Assembly (NCBI GenBank): GCA_001464585.1
Contig: LNFF01000032.1
Coordinates: forward strand, 149,285-213,284
DNA length: 64,000 nt
Origin: Gammaproteobacteria bacterium Ga0077554
GTDB taxonomy: Bacteria > Pseudomonadota > Gammaproteobacteria > Ga0077554 > Ga007554
Direction of reading: 5' to 3'
Notes under the pieces: model-generated
What the model was told of the DNA's origin: nothing
What the model saw: only the letters and a program-made list of their open reading frames with translations
Database searches by the model: none
Made by a program: the position numbers and the translations under genes
Part shown: positions 55,916-64,000 of the stretch, one piece after another
Layout of the letters: each line of letters starts with the position of its first letter
Numbering within the stretch: the first letter of the stretch is position 1

Positions 55916-55948
55916 TAGGGCGGGTTAGCGTTTTTTGCGTAACCCGCC
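55916..55948 (+). repeat. GTAG-family REP
   Basis: GTAG-GGCGGGTTAGCG-TTTTTTG-CGTAACCCGCC. Confidence 0.75.
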
Positions 55949-55998
55949 AAGCGTTGCGTAGCAACACCAGCCAAGGCATTGGTGCGCACGAATTATAC

Positions 55999-56090
55999 TG
56001 TCATTTCGAGCGTAGCGAGAAATCCTTGTTTCAAATGAAGTACAAAATAATCATGACGCTAAAAGATTTCTCCCGTTGGTCGAAATGACA
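55999..56090. repeat. TGTC-tagged REP-like inverted pair
   Basis: TGTCATTTCGAGCGTAGCGAGAAATC ... GATTTCTCCCGTTGGTCGAAATGACA. Confidence 0.85.
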
Positions 56091-56144
56091 TATCCGTGTT
56101 TATCATTAAGCAATCGATTAAACTCAGCCGCTATGCGGCATCGG

Positions 56145-56579
56145 CTAGATGGCTGGCATATGTTTTACCATGAGCACTGCGCTTCCCGGACATAAGCTTG
56201 TGAACTCCACAGTGTTCCGAATGGCTTCAGGAGCCTCCTCGCGAGAGATCCGCGAATACCCGCGTTTCTCAAAGTAAGACTCTGCCGTAGTTGTTAGAAG
56301 AAACATGGAGCGAACACCTTTTTCCATTGCATACTTCTCTGCCTGAGCTAATAGCGCTGAGCCCAAACCCGAACAACGTTTTAATACAGCAATGGCCAAT
56401 GAGCGAAGCAAAGCAGCCGTCCCAAGAGGCTCCATACCGACAACGCCTGCCAGGCTTGAACCTTCCCAAGCACCAAAGAAATGTTCCATATGTTCAGGCG
56501 TAATGTCGGCTATTGGCAACTGCGCGGAGTCCAAGAGCTTCTTGACTGCAATTTCTGATGGTTTACGAACGATGTTCAT
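56145..56579 (-). CDS. ArsN2-like GNAT acetyltransferase
   Basis: LPIADI, ALLRSLA, FLLTTTAE.YF, EFTSLCP.SA. Confidence 0.75.
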   Translation of the reverse strand: MNIVRKPSEIAVKKLLDSAQLPIADITPEHMEHFFGAWEGSSLAGVVGMEPLGTAALLRSLAIAVLKRCSGLGSALLAQAEKYAMEKGVRSMFLLTTTAESYFEKRGYSRISREEAPEAIRNTVEFTSLCPGSAVLMVKHMPAI

Positions 56580-56595
56580 GATTGCTACTTAACCT

Positions 56596-57108
56596 TTAAA
56601 TCGGCGCCCGCCTCGCCGCGTCCACCGCCCGCAACTGCCGCACCGACTCTTTGGCGGTAAACCAGTCCACCGCTTCCGCTGTGAAATAAACGCCCCGGAA
56701 TTCACCGTCTACCGGCTTCAGAACAATGTAATACGTCGCGCCCGCTGTAAATGACCACTTTTGACTTTTAACCATTTCTTTAACGCGCCAGTCCGGACCC
56801 ACCGTCGTCAGTGACTTGAGCGTCATGGTAGTAGTTTCACGGGGCTTCATATGCACCAGGCTATACTCCCCTTTGGCCAGCGCCAGCAATTGATGGTTGT
56901 CAAACTCAATATTGAGTGGATTATCGGGGAAGCCCATCGCGCGTTCCGTGAGCGGGCGAATAAAGTAGACTTTGGCCGATGACGTCTGGCTGCCTGTGTC
57001 AATTAAAGGGTGATCAGACATAATTTTGGTCGCCGTACACCCCGCCAGCCCGCCAATCACACCAGCCAACATGACGCCAAAAATTCGCCGCATCCACGAT
57101 ATTTTCAT
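56596..57108 (-). CDS. Lipoprotein, DUF2846-like
   Basis: Lipobox LAGC; AKVYFIRP, L.KGEY, AGATYY. Confidence 0.55.
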   Translation of the reverse strand: MKISWMRRIFGVMLAGVIGGLAGCTATKIMSDHPLIDTGSQTSSAKVYFIRPLTERAMGFPDNPLNIEFDNHQLLALAKGEYSLVHMKPRETTTMTLKSLTTVGPDWRVKEMVKSQKWSFTAGATYYIVLKPVDGEFRGVYFTAEAVDWFTAKESVRQLRAVDAARRAPI

Positions 57109-57223
57109 TAAATCCGCCCCCCTTTAACCCATATATCTGAATTTAGAATCATCGCACTCTTCCGTTAGCAACGCAATCCGGTAAAATAGTTCACTTACCG
57201 AATCATAAGGAGCACGTCACACC

Positions 57224-58441
57224 ATGTCAAAACTCGTCAAACCTCACGGCGGCGGTCCGCTTAAGCCCCTGTTATTACAAGGCGATGCACGCGCCGCCGA
57301 ACTGGCTCGCGCACGCACGCTGCCGCAGGTGCGCATTACGTCACGCGAGGTGGGCGACCTGATCATGATGGGCATCGGCGGCTTCACGCCGCTGGACGGC
57401 TTTATGACCCACGCCGACTGGCAGGGTGTGTGCGACAATTACCGCATGGCGGATGGCCTGTTCTGGCCGATTCCCATTACCCTGTCGACGGTGCCTGACA
57501 TCGCCAACGGCATCCAGATTGGCGCTGACATCGCGCTCGTCAATGACGAGGATGGCGAGATCATGGCGACGATGCGCGTCACTGAAAAATACCGCATCGA
57601 CAAACGCCACGAATGCACCACCGTGTTCAAAACCACCGACACGGAACACCCCGGCGTACAAATGGTGATGGCGCAAGGTGACATCAACCTCGCCGGCCCG
57701 GTCAAAGTGCTTTCTGAAAGCGATTTCCCCACGCGCTTCCCCGACACCTATCTGACGCCCACCGAAACCCGCGCGCTGTTTGCAGCCAAGGGCTGGAACA
57801 CCGTGGCGGCATTCCAGACCCGCAACCCCATGCACCGTTCGCACGAATACCTGGTGAAAGTCGCCGTGGAAATCTGCGACGGCGTGCTGATCCACTCACT
57901 GCTCGGCAAGCTCAAACCCGGCGACATTCCCGCCGACGTGCGCAGCAATGCCATTAAAACCCTTATCGACAAATATTTTGTAAAAGACACCGTCATTCAA
58001 GCCGGTTATCCATTGGACATGCGCTACGCCGGGCCACGCGAAGCGCTGTTGCACGCGCTGTTCCGCCAGAATTACGGCTGCTCACACCTCATCGTCGGGC
58101 GCGACCATGCCGGCGTGGGCGAATACTACGGCCCGTTTGATGCTCAACACATCTTTAACGACATCCCCGCCAATGCGCTGGAAACCCAACCGCTCAAGAT
58201 CGACTGGACGTTCTGGTGCTACCAATGCGGCGGCATGGCCTCCGCGCGCACCTGTCCGCATCAGCCCGGCGACCGCCTGCTGCTGTCCGGCACCAAACTG
58301 CGCAAAGCCTTATCCGAAAACGGCGACGTCCCCGCCGAATTCAGCCGCGCAGAAGTGTTAGCGATCCTGCGTGATTATTACGCCACGATTAAAGATGAGG
58401 ATCGGGTGGAGGTAAAGTTGTCGGGGCATTCGGCGAAGTGA
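57224..58441 (+). CDS. sat: Sulfate adenylyltransferase (homo-oligomeric type)
   Basis: [32 protein letters not shown]. Confidence 0.95.
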   Translation: MSKLVKPHGGGPLKPLLLQGDARAAELARARTLPQVRITSREVGDLIMMGIGGFTPLDGFMTHADWQGVCDNYRMADGLFWPIPITLSTVPDIANGIQIGADIALVNDEDGEIMATMRVTEKYRIDKRHECTTVFKTTDTEHPGVQMVMAQGDINLAGPVKVLSESDFPTRFPDTYLTPTETRALFAAKGWNTVAAFQTRNPMHRSHEYLVKVAVEICDGVLIHSLLGKLKPGDIPADVRSNAIKTLIDKYFVKDTVIQAGYPLDMRYAGPREALLHALFRQNYGCSHLIVGRDHAGVGEYYGPFDAQHIFNDIPANALETQPLKIDWTFWCYQCGGMASARTCPHQPGDRLLLSGTKLRKALSENGDVPAEFSRAEVLAILRDYYATIKDEDRVEVKLSGHSAK

Positions 58442-58481
58442 GGTTAAATCCGCTGCGCAGTCTAGCTGCGGGGTATTGTTA

Positions 58482-58565
58482 TGTCATTCCGAGCACCGCG
58501 AGGAATCTTATAAAGATCCCTCACTCCGTTCGGGATGACAGTTATTCTTTACGTTCGGGATAACA
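58482..58565. repeat. TGTC-tagged REP-like pair, subtype B, plus trailing partial arm
   Basis: TGTCATTCCGAGCACCGCGAGGAATCT-TATAA-AGATCCCTCACTCCGTTCGGGATGACA ... CGTTCGGGATAACA. Confidence 0.85.
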
Positions 58566-58693
58566 ATACCCTTAGCACGCTCCGGGGAGAGTAGCGAGGG
58601 GCTCAAACCCGAAAAGATTGAGGTGGTAAAACTCCTCGCATAAGGGTCTACGTAAGTAACCGAAAATCCAAAAAATTGTTCATGGAGGATCAC

Positions 58694-59911
58694 ATGAATT
58701 TATTCTGGAATCGTTTTTCTGCGTGTTGTGGCGTTTCCTGTGCCTTGTTAGCGATGTTTTTCATCAACACAAGCGCGGCGGAAATCACCCCATTGCGTTA
58801 TCAAACCCAATCGTTAACTATCGATGGCCGACAGGTGCAGGCCCGGATACCACAAGGCTACCGGCTCGAATTTCTGGGCCCGCTAAACACACCGCGCATG
58901 TTGACGTTTGCGTCGGATGGCGCGCTTTTTGTCGGCTCGAAAGCGGGTATTGTTTATCGGCTCGCGCCACCTTATACCACTGCCAACAAATTAATAGATA
59001 TCGGCGGCTATCCCCACAGTGTGGCATTTCGTCAAGGCGAAATACTCATTGCGAAAACCGATGGCGTCTATCGCGCGCCTTTCCAAGCCGGGCAAGAACG
59101 TCTTGATTCGAGCGCAGTAAAATTGCTTGCGGCGTTGCCCGGCGGATGGGGACACAATAGCCGCACATTAAGTGTCGGCCCCGACGGACGCATCTATGTG
59201 AGTCTCGGCATTCAAGGCAATTGCAGCGATCAATACCTCGGCAAGGATTATGATTTTGATGATCAACGTGGCGGCGTGCTGGTATTGCGTGAGGATGGCA
59301 AGCCGCGCTGGCAACCCTACGCATCGGGCTTACGCAATCCGGTCGGGCTGGCCTGGCAACCAAAAAGCAACGTGCTGTATGCAAGCAACAATGGCCCAGA
59401 TCATTCGGGTTATGATTTTCCACCGGAATATTTTAGCAAACTCACACCGGATTCGTTTCACGGCATGCCATGGTTTCAGAGCGATGGCGCGCGGTTAAAG
59501 CGCGATACATGCGAATCCAGCAAGCCTCCACGGCCGGCCTCTGAAGTAAGCTTGCCAGTTGCAACCTTCCCGGCACGTAGCGCGCCTATGGGTGTCAGCT
59601 TCGTCCCTGAAGGCGCGCTTGACCCCGCACTCAGCGGTGACGCCATTGTCGCGATCCATGGCTCGTGGGGCACCCAGCCCAGCGGCGGGCCACTGGGCGA
59701 TCCGGCATCACGACGCCCGCCCCGACTTGCGATTGTACGTTTCGAAGGGAACAACGCCCAGCGTGTCGATGATTTCGTCACCGGCTTTCAAGCTGCGAAT
59801 GGCGAACGCTGGGCGCGCCCTATCGGCGTGGCATTCGGCCCCGACGGCGCACTGTATTTCACCAGCGATAGCGCAACTGAAGGCCTGTTCCGGATACGGC
59901 GCGCGCCATAA
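58694..59911 (+). CDS. Secreted PQQ-dependent sugar/sorbosone dehydrogenase-family beta-propeller
   Basis: GGAGGA RBS, signal peptide; GPDGRIYVSLG, SGLRNPVG, HGSW, RPIGVAFGPDGALY. Confidence 0.8.
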   Translation: MNLFWNRFSACCGVSCALLAMFFINTSAAEITPLRYQTQSLTIDGRQVQARIPQGYRLEFLGPLNTPRMLTFASDGALFVGSKAGIVYRLAPPYTTANKLIDIGGYPHSVAFRQGEILIAKTDGVYRAPFQAGQERLDSSAVKLLAALPGGWGHNSRTLSVGPDGRIYVSLGIQGNCSDQYLGKDYDFDDQRGGVLVLREDGKPRWQPYASGLRNPVGLAWQPKSNVLYASNNGPDHSGYDFPPEYFSKLTPDSFHGMPWFQSDGARLKRDTCESSKPPRPASEVSLPVATFPARSAPMGVSFVPEGALDPALSGDAIVAIHGSWGTQPSGGPLGDPASRRPPRLAIVRFEGNNAQRVDDFVTGFQAANGERWARPIGVAFGPDGALYFTSDSATEGLFRIRRAP

Positions 59912-60000
59912 CGCCCGTTGACACGAGCCACGCCATGGTGTCAGATCTCACTACTGTTTACCTTGGGGGAGTAACGTTTTCACCTCAACCCTCTCCAGGC

Positions 60001-60060
60001 TGTCATCCCGAACGCCGTGAGGGATCTTGGGGGGGGATTCCTCGCTGCTCGTCGGAATGC
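60001..60060. repeat. Degenerate TGTC-tagged REP-like pair, subtype B
   Basis: TGTCATCCCGAACGCCGTGAGGGATCT ... GATTCCTCGCTGCTCGTCGGAATG. Confidence 0.75.
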
Positions 60061-60108
60061 CGCAGTCGGTAGCTCGGTAGATACCATATGGGTTAAGGTT
60101 TATTTAAC

Positions 60109-60178
60109 GCGCGGGCACAAAAAAATGTGCCCACGCTACCAGGTTGGTTTTAGCCTTGTAGGGCGGGTCACACCCGCC
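60109..60178. repeat. Two outward-facing GTAG REPs at the 3' end of the RAYT remnant
   Basis: GCGCGGGCACAAAAAAATGTGCCCACGCTAC then GTAGGGCGGGTCACACCCGCC. Confidence 0.75.
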
Positions 60179-60181
60179 ATA

Positions 60182-60643
60182 TTAACCAACCGCCTCACCA
60201 AACGCTCCATCAAGGTTTTCTTCCCCCGCCCATGCCGGGGTCAATACGCCTTCACGCACATAGCGATGGAAGCTTGAATAAGGCCCTTGCACCACTTGTT
60301 CCACATGGGCATGTTTCACCGGGTTCCGGTGAATATAATCCACGTGCGCGGCAAAATCCTTTTCATCATGGATTAGGTGCTCCCAAAAACGGTGTTGCTA
60401 CAAGGTGCTTTGTCCCTTGGTAACCCGCCGACGAGACAACCACGCCGCGTTATTTAATCGTTCACCACAACGTTGCGTAACCGTCGTTTTAATGATTCGC
60501 CAACGGGTAGAAAAATCAGCGTCGCCATCAGACAAAGACCAGAGGCAATGCATGTGATCCGGTAACAGCACCCAGGCATCAATAACGAACGGCAGCGTTT
60601 GCCGCACCCGTTCAATACCTGCACGCAGTGCCAACCGGCTCAC
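60182..60643 (-). pseudogene. REP-associated tyrosine transposase (RAYT/TnpA-REP), 5'-truncated with an in-frame stop
   Basis: AWVLLPDHMH (HUH); L*QHRFWEH with TAG at 60398-60400 where Trp is expected; frame continues DYIHRNPVKH...PYSSFHR...FGE to TAA at 60182. Confidence 0.88.
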
Positions 60644-60816
60644 TATCGCTTATTTTGGTTCTGTCCATGCCAACCTGAAACGGTGGATTCTACCAAACCA
60701 GCAAAACGTCAACAGAACCTACATTGTGACTGTGCTCAAGGGGGACGGATCCGACAAATAGCCGATGAACGCGCTCTGAGTACGCACAGGGATGGCGCAC
60801 AAACCAAGCCCGCCGT

Positions 60817-61470
60817 CTACTCATTCACCAACACGGCACCTACCGGACACGCCACCCCCGTACCATCCAGCCCGCAGTAGCCACCGGGATTTTTGGCGAG
60901 GTATTGCTGGTGATCATCTTCGGCATAGAAAAATGTCGGCGCGGGTTGGATTTCAGTAGTGATTGCGCCGTAGCCCGCCTTGTGCAGTAACGCTTGATAG
61001 GCATCGCGGCTCGCCAGTGCGGCGCTGTGTTGTGCATCGTCAAAGGTGTAAATCGCGGAGCGGTATTGCGTGCCGACATCATTACCCTGACGCATGCCTT
61101 GCGTTGGATTATGCGTTTCCCAAAATATTTTCAGCAAGGCTTCATAGCTTATGGCGTGCGGGTCGTACACCACCAACACGACTTCGGTATGACCCGTCAT
61201 GCCGCTGCACACTTCACGATAGGTGGGGTTGGGCGTGATGCCGCCCGCATAACCCACCGCCGTGGTGTACACACCCGGTGTTTGCCAGAACTTGCGTTCT
61301 GCGCCCCAGAAACAACCCAGCGCAAACACGGCTGACTGCATGCCATGAGGGAAGGGTGGCTTGATTACGCGCTCATTGACATAGTGGCGATTGGTTACCT
61401 GCATCGGCTCGGTGCGTCCGGGCAAGGCTTGGCTTGGGGTAGGAAACTGTAATGGTTTGCTGGATGACAT
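60817..61470 (-). CDS. msrA: Peptide-methionine (S)-S-oxide reductase
   Basis: [34 protein letters not shown]. Confidence 0.96.
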   Translation of the reverse strand: MSSSKPLQFPTPSQALPGRTEPMQVTNRHYVNERVIKPPFPHGMQSAVFALGCFWGAERKFWQTPGVYTTAVGYAGGITPNPTYREVCSGMTGHTEVVLVVYDPHAISYEALLKIFWETHNPTQGMRQGNDVGTQYRSAIYTFDDAQHSAALASRDAYQALLHKAGYGAITTEIQPAPTFFYAEDDHQQYLAKNPGGYCGLDGTGVACPVGAVLVNE

Positions 61471-61497
61471 GATTAAGTTTCCTGTGTAAGTCATAAT

Positions 61498-61586
61498 TGT
61501 CATTTCGACCGCAGGGAGAAATCTTTATGCCGTTGAATTATTTCGCGGCCTGGATCTTAGGATTTCTCCCTGCGGTCGAAATGACA
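61498..61586. repeat. TGTC-tagged REP-like inverted pair
   Basis: TGTCATTTCGACCGCAGGGAGAAATC ... GATTTCTCCCTGCGGTCGAAATGACA. Confidence 0.9.
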
Positions 61587-61590
61587 CATC

Positions 61591-61800
61591 TCAATAATGC
61601 GGTGGCGGCGGTTCCTGCGACGTTGGCAGCACGTCAAACTGCGCCTGGGCACGCATCTGCTGCCTTACTGATTCAAGCTGGGCGCCGAGGCTATCCAGCA
61701 TTTTTTGCTGGCGCACAATCACATCGTTCAATTCCTGCAACGCGGCTTCCTGATAAGTAAGCCGCGTTTCCAGATCAACTATATGCGCATCCTGATCCAT
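61591..61800 (-). CDS. slyX: SlyX-family protein
   Basis: LETRLTYQE...LN...QQ, C-terminal EPPPPHY. Confidence 0.9.
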   Translation of the reverse strand: MDQDAHIVDLETRLTYQEAALQELNDVIVRQQKMLDSLGAQLESVRQQMRAQAQFDVLPTSQEPPPPHY

Positions 61801-61801
61801 A

Positions 61802-64000
61802 TTACTTTTGACGCAATTTTGAAAATGCGGCTGACATGGCATTCTCCATGACAGGTTTGGACTCCTGTTTAGGCCTGGAAGCGTGCTGCCGCTTGCGTGG
61901 CACCTCCGGCTTTGCAGCAACAACGGCAACCGCCGCGTCTTCCAGGCGCATAGTCAGCGCAATGCGGCGACGCTTCTCATCGACCTCAAGCACACGCACC
62001 TTCACAATATCACCGGTTTTGACAACGCTGTGTACGTCTTTAACAAATTTATTCGCCAACGCCGAGACATGCACCAGTCCATCCTGATGCACGCCAATAT
62101 CCACAAACGCACCGAAGTTGGTAACGTTAGTCACGGTGCCTTCCAGTATCATGCCCACTTGCAGGTCTTTCAATTCTTCTACGCCTTCCTTGAAGACCGC
62201 CGCTTTGAATTCAGGGCGTGGATCACGGCCGGGCTTTTCCAGTTCGGCAAGAATGTCCTGCACCGTGGGCAGACCAAAGCGTTCGTCGGTGAAATCCCGG
62301 GGCGAAAGTGTTTTTAACAGGGCGTTGTTACCTATCAGCGTGCGAATGTCGACACCCAGCTTGCCAACGATGCGCTGCACCACCGGGTAACTTTCCGGAT
62401 GCACTGCGGATGCATCCACCGGATTATCACCGTTCATGATACGCAAAAATCCGGCGGCCTGTTCAAAGGTTTTATCGCCCAGACGCGGTACTTTTTTGAG
62501 TTGATCGCGGTTCATGAAAGAGCCATGATGATCACGAAACTCTACAATATTTTTGGCCAGGGTCTGATTCAAACCAGAAATACGCGCCAGCAAAGGAACC
62601 GACGCAGTATTCACATCCACGCCCACCGCATTCACGCAATCTTCCACCACCGCGTCCAGTGTACGCGCCAGCTCTACCTGATTCACATCATGCTGATATT
62701 GCCCCACACCAATTGCCTTGGGATCAATTTTCACCAACTCGGCCAGGGGATCCTGCAAGCGCCGCGCAATGGATACCGCACCGCGCAGACTGACATCAAG
62801 ATCAGGGAATTCCTGCGAGGCAAATTCTGATGCTGAATACACCGACGCGCCGGCTTCTGATACAACCAGCTTTTGCAATGCGAACTCGGGGTAGCGCTTG
62901 GCCAATTCGGTGGACAGGCGTTCGGTTTCGCGCGATGCCGTGCCATTGCCAATGCTCACCAGCTCTACCTTGTGCTTGCGCGACAACTCGGCTAACGCAT
63001 GCAGCGCAGCATCCCATTGGTTGCGTGGCACATGCGGATAAATGGTTGCAGTATCGAGCAATTTGCCGTTGATATCCACCACAGCGACTTTCACGCCACT
63101 GCGCAACCCAGGATCCAGACCCATCACGACGCGCGGCCCGGCGGGGGCGGCCAGCAGCAGGTCATGCATATTACGTGCAAATACCTTCATCGCCTCAGCT
63201 TCGGCGTTATCACGCAGATGCATCATCAACTCAAGATCAAGGTGTATGAATATTTTCACGCGCCACGACCAGCGCACTGTCTCGCCCAACCAGGTATCGG
63301 CAGCACGGCCTTGCTGCGAAATTTTGAAACGCTGCGCAATCATGCGTTCACAGGTGTTTTGTTGCGCCTGCTTATTTGATTTCTCGGGCGCGTCTGATGC
63401 GACGGTTTCTTCCGGCAACACCATGCTCACCTGCAAAAAGCCTTCATTACGACCCCGCAGCAACGCCAGCGCGCGATGCGAAGGCACGGCGTTGAGCGGT
63501 TCACGATAATCAAAATAGTCGCGGAACTTCGCGCCCTCTTCCTGCTTGCCTTCTTTCACGCAACTGACAATCGCCGCATTGCTCCACACAAATTCGCGCA
63601 ATCGACCCAATAATTCCGCGTCTTCGGCAAACTGTTCAATCAAAATATGACGCGCGCCTTCCAGCGCCGCTTTCACATCGGCCACACCCTTATCGACACT
63701 CACATAGGCTACGGCGGCCTCTTCAGGCGTTAACTCGGGATCAAGCAACAATGCCTGCGCCAGCGGCGCCAACCCGGCTTCACGCGCAATCTGCGCCTTG
63801 GTGCGGCGCTTGGGCTTATACGGTAAGTACAGATCTTCGAGACGGGTCTTGGTATCCGCTTCACTAATCTCCTTACCCAACTGCGGCGTGAGCTTGTCTT
63901 GCTCCGTAATACTCTTTAATATCGCAGCACGGCGATCTTCCATCTCACGCAAATAACGCACGCGCTCTTCCAGAAAACGCAGTTGTATGTCATCCAGGCC
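61802..64000 (-). CDS. tex: Tex transcription accessory protein (5' end outside window)
   Basis: [36 protein letters not shown], HhH and S1 domains. Confidence 0.95.
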   Translation of the reverse strand, partial: GLDDIQLRFLEERVRYLREMEDRRAAILKSITEQDKLTPQLGKEISEADTKTRLEDLYLPYKPKRRTKAQIAREAGLAPLAQALLLDPELTPEEAAVAYVSVDKGVADVKAALEGARHILIEQFAEDAELLGRLREFVWSNAAIVSCVKEGKQEEGAKFRDYFDYREPLNAVPSHRALALLRGRNEGFLQVSMVLPEETVASDAPEKSNKQAQQNTCERMIAQRFKISQQGRAADTWLGETVRWSWRVKIFIHLDLELMMHLRDNAEAEAMKVFARNMHDLLLAAPAGPRVVMGLDPGLRSGVKVAVVDINGKLLDTATIYPHVPRNQWDAALHALAELSRKHKVELVSIGNGTASRETERLSTELAKRYPEFALQKLVVSEAGASVYSASEFASQEFPDLDVSLRGAVSIARRLQDPLAELVKIDPKAIGVGQYQHDVNQVELARTLDAVVEDCVNAVGVDVNTASVPLLARISGLNQTLAKNIVEFRDHHGSFMNRDQLKKVPRLGDKTFEQAAGFLRIMNGDNPVDASAVHPESYPVVQRIVGKLGVDIRTLIGNNALLKTLSPRDFTDERFGLPTVQDILAELEKPGRDPRPEFKAAVFKEGVEELKDLQVGMILEGTVTNVTNFGAFVDIGVHQDGLVHVSALANKFVKDVHSVVKTGDIVKVRVLEVDEKRRRIALTMRLEDAAVAVVAAKPEVPRKRQHASRPKQESKPVMENAMSAAFSKLRQK

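Noticed and set aside
58576-58660. Hairpin (GCGAGGGG/CTCCTCGC, CTCAA/TTGAG) upstream of the dehydrogenase as a riboswitch
   Set aside because: Matches no riboswitch consensus I can confirm; an Rfam/Infernal search would be needed
60670-60715. TTGACG...TAGAAT promoter for the RAYT remnant
   Set aside because: Spacer is only 14 bp

Overview
Chromosomal segment of a Gammaproteobacterium of moderate GC. The oxidative-type sat suggests a possible sulfur oxidiser. The backbone is housekeeping genes: yceF, mtgA, radA, rlmD, cysM, lolA-ftsK/trxB, gnd-zwf-pgi, queG, galU, alaC-hom-thrC, msrA, slyX, tex. Accessory insertions punctuate it: (i) an orphan HEPN-like gene between a sterol-desaturase-family gene and a duplicated remnant of that gene's 5' end; (ii) a cupin plus a gene fragment bracketed by outward-facing GTAG REPs; (iii) a four-gene PA14/PEP-CTERM + pgaD-like + pgaC + pgaA-like exopolysaccharide operon with no deacetylase; (iv) a YeeA/YeeB/YeeC-type methylase-helicase-GIY-YIG island with an uncharacterised two-gene pair (soluble + multi-TM) nested inside; (v) vapBC; (vi) a RAYT pseudogene. 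About ten TGTC-tagged palindromic repeats and five GTAG REPs occupy intergenic spaces. No rRNA, tRNA, CRISPR array or integrase was seen. All calls come from motif recognition by eye; no database searches were run.
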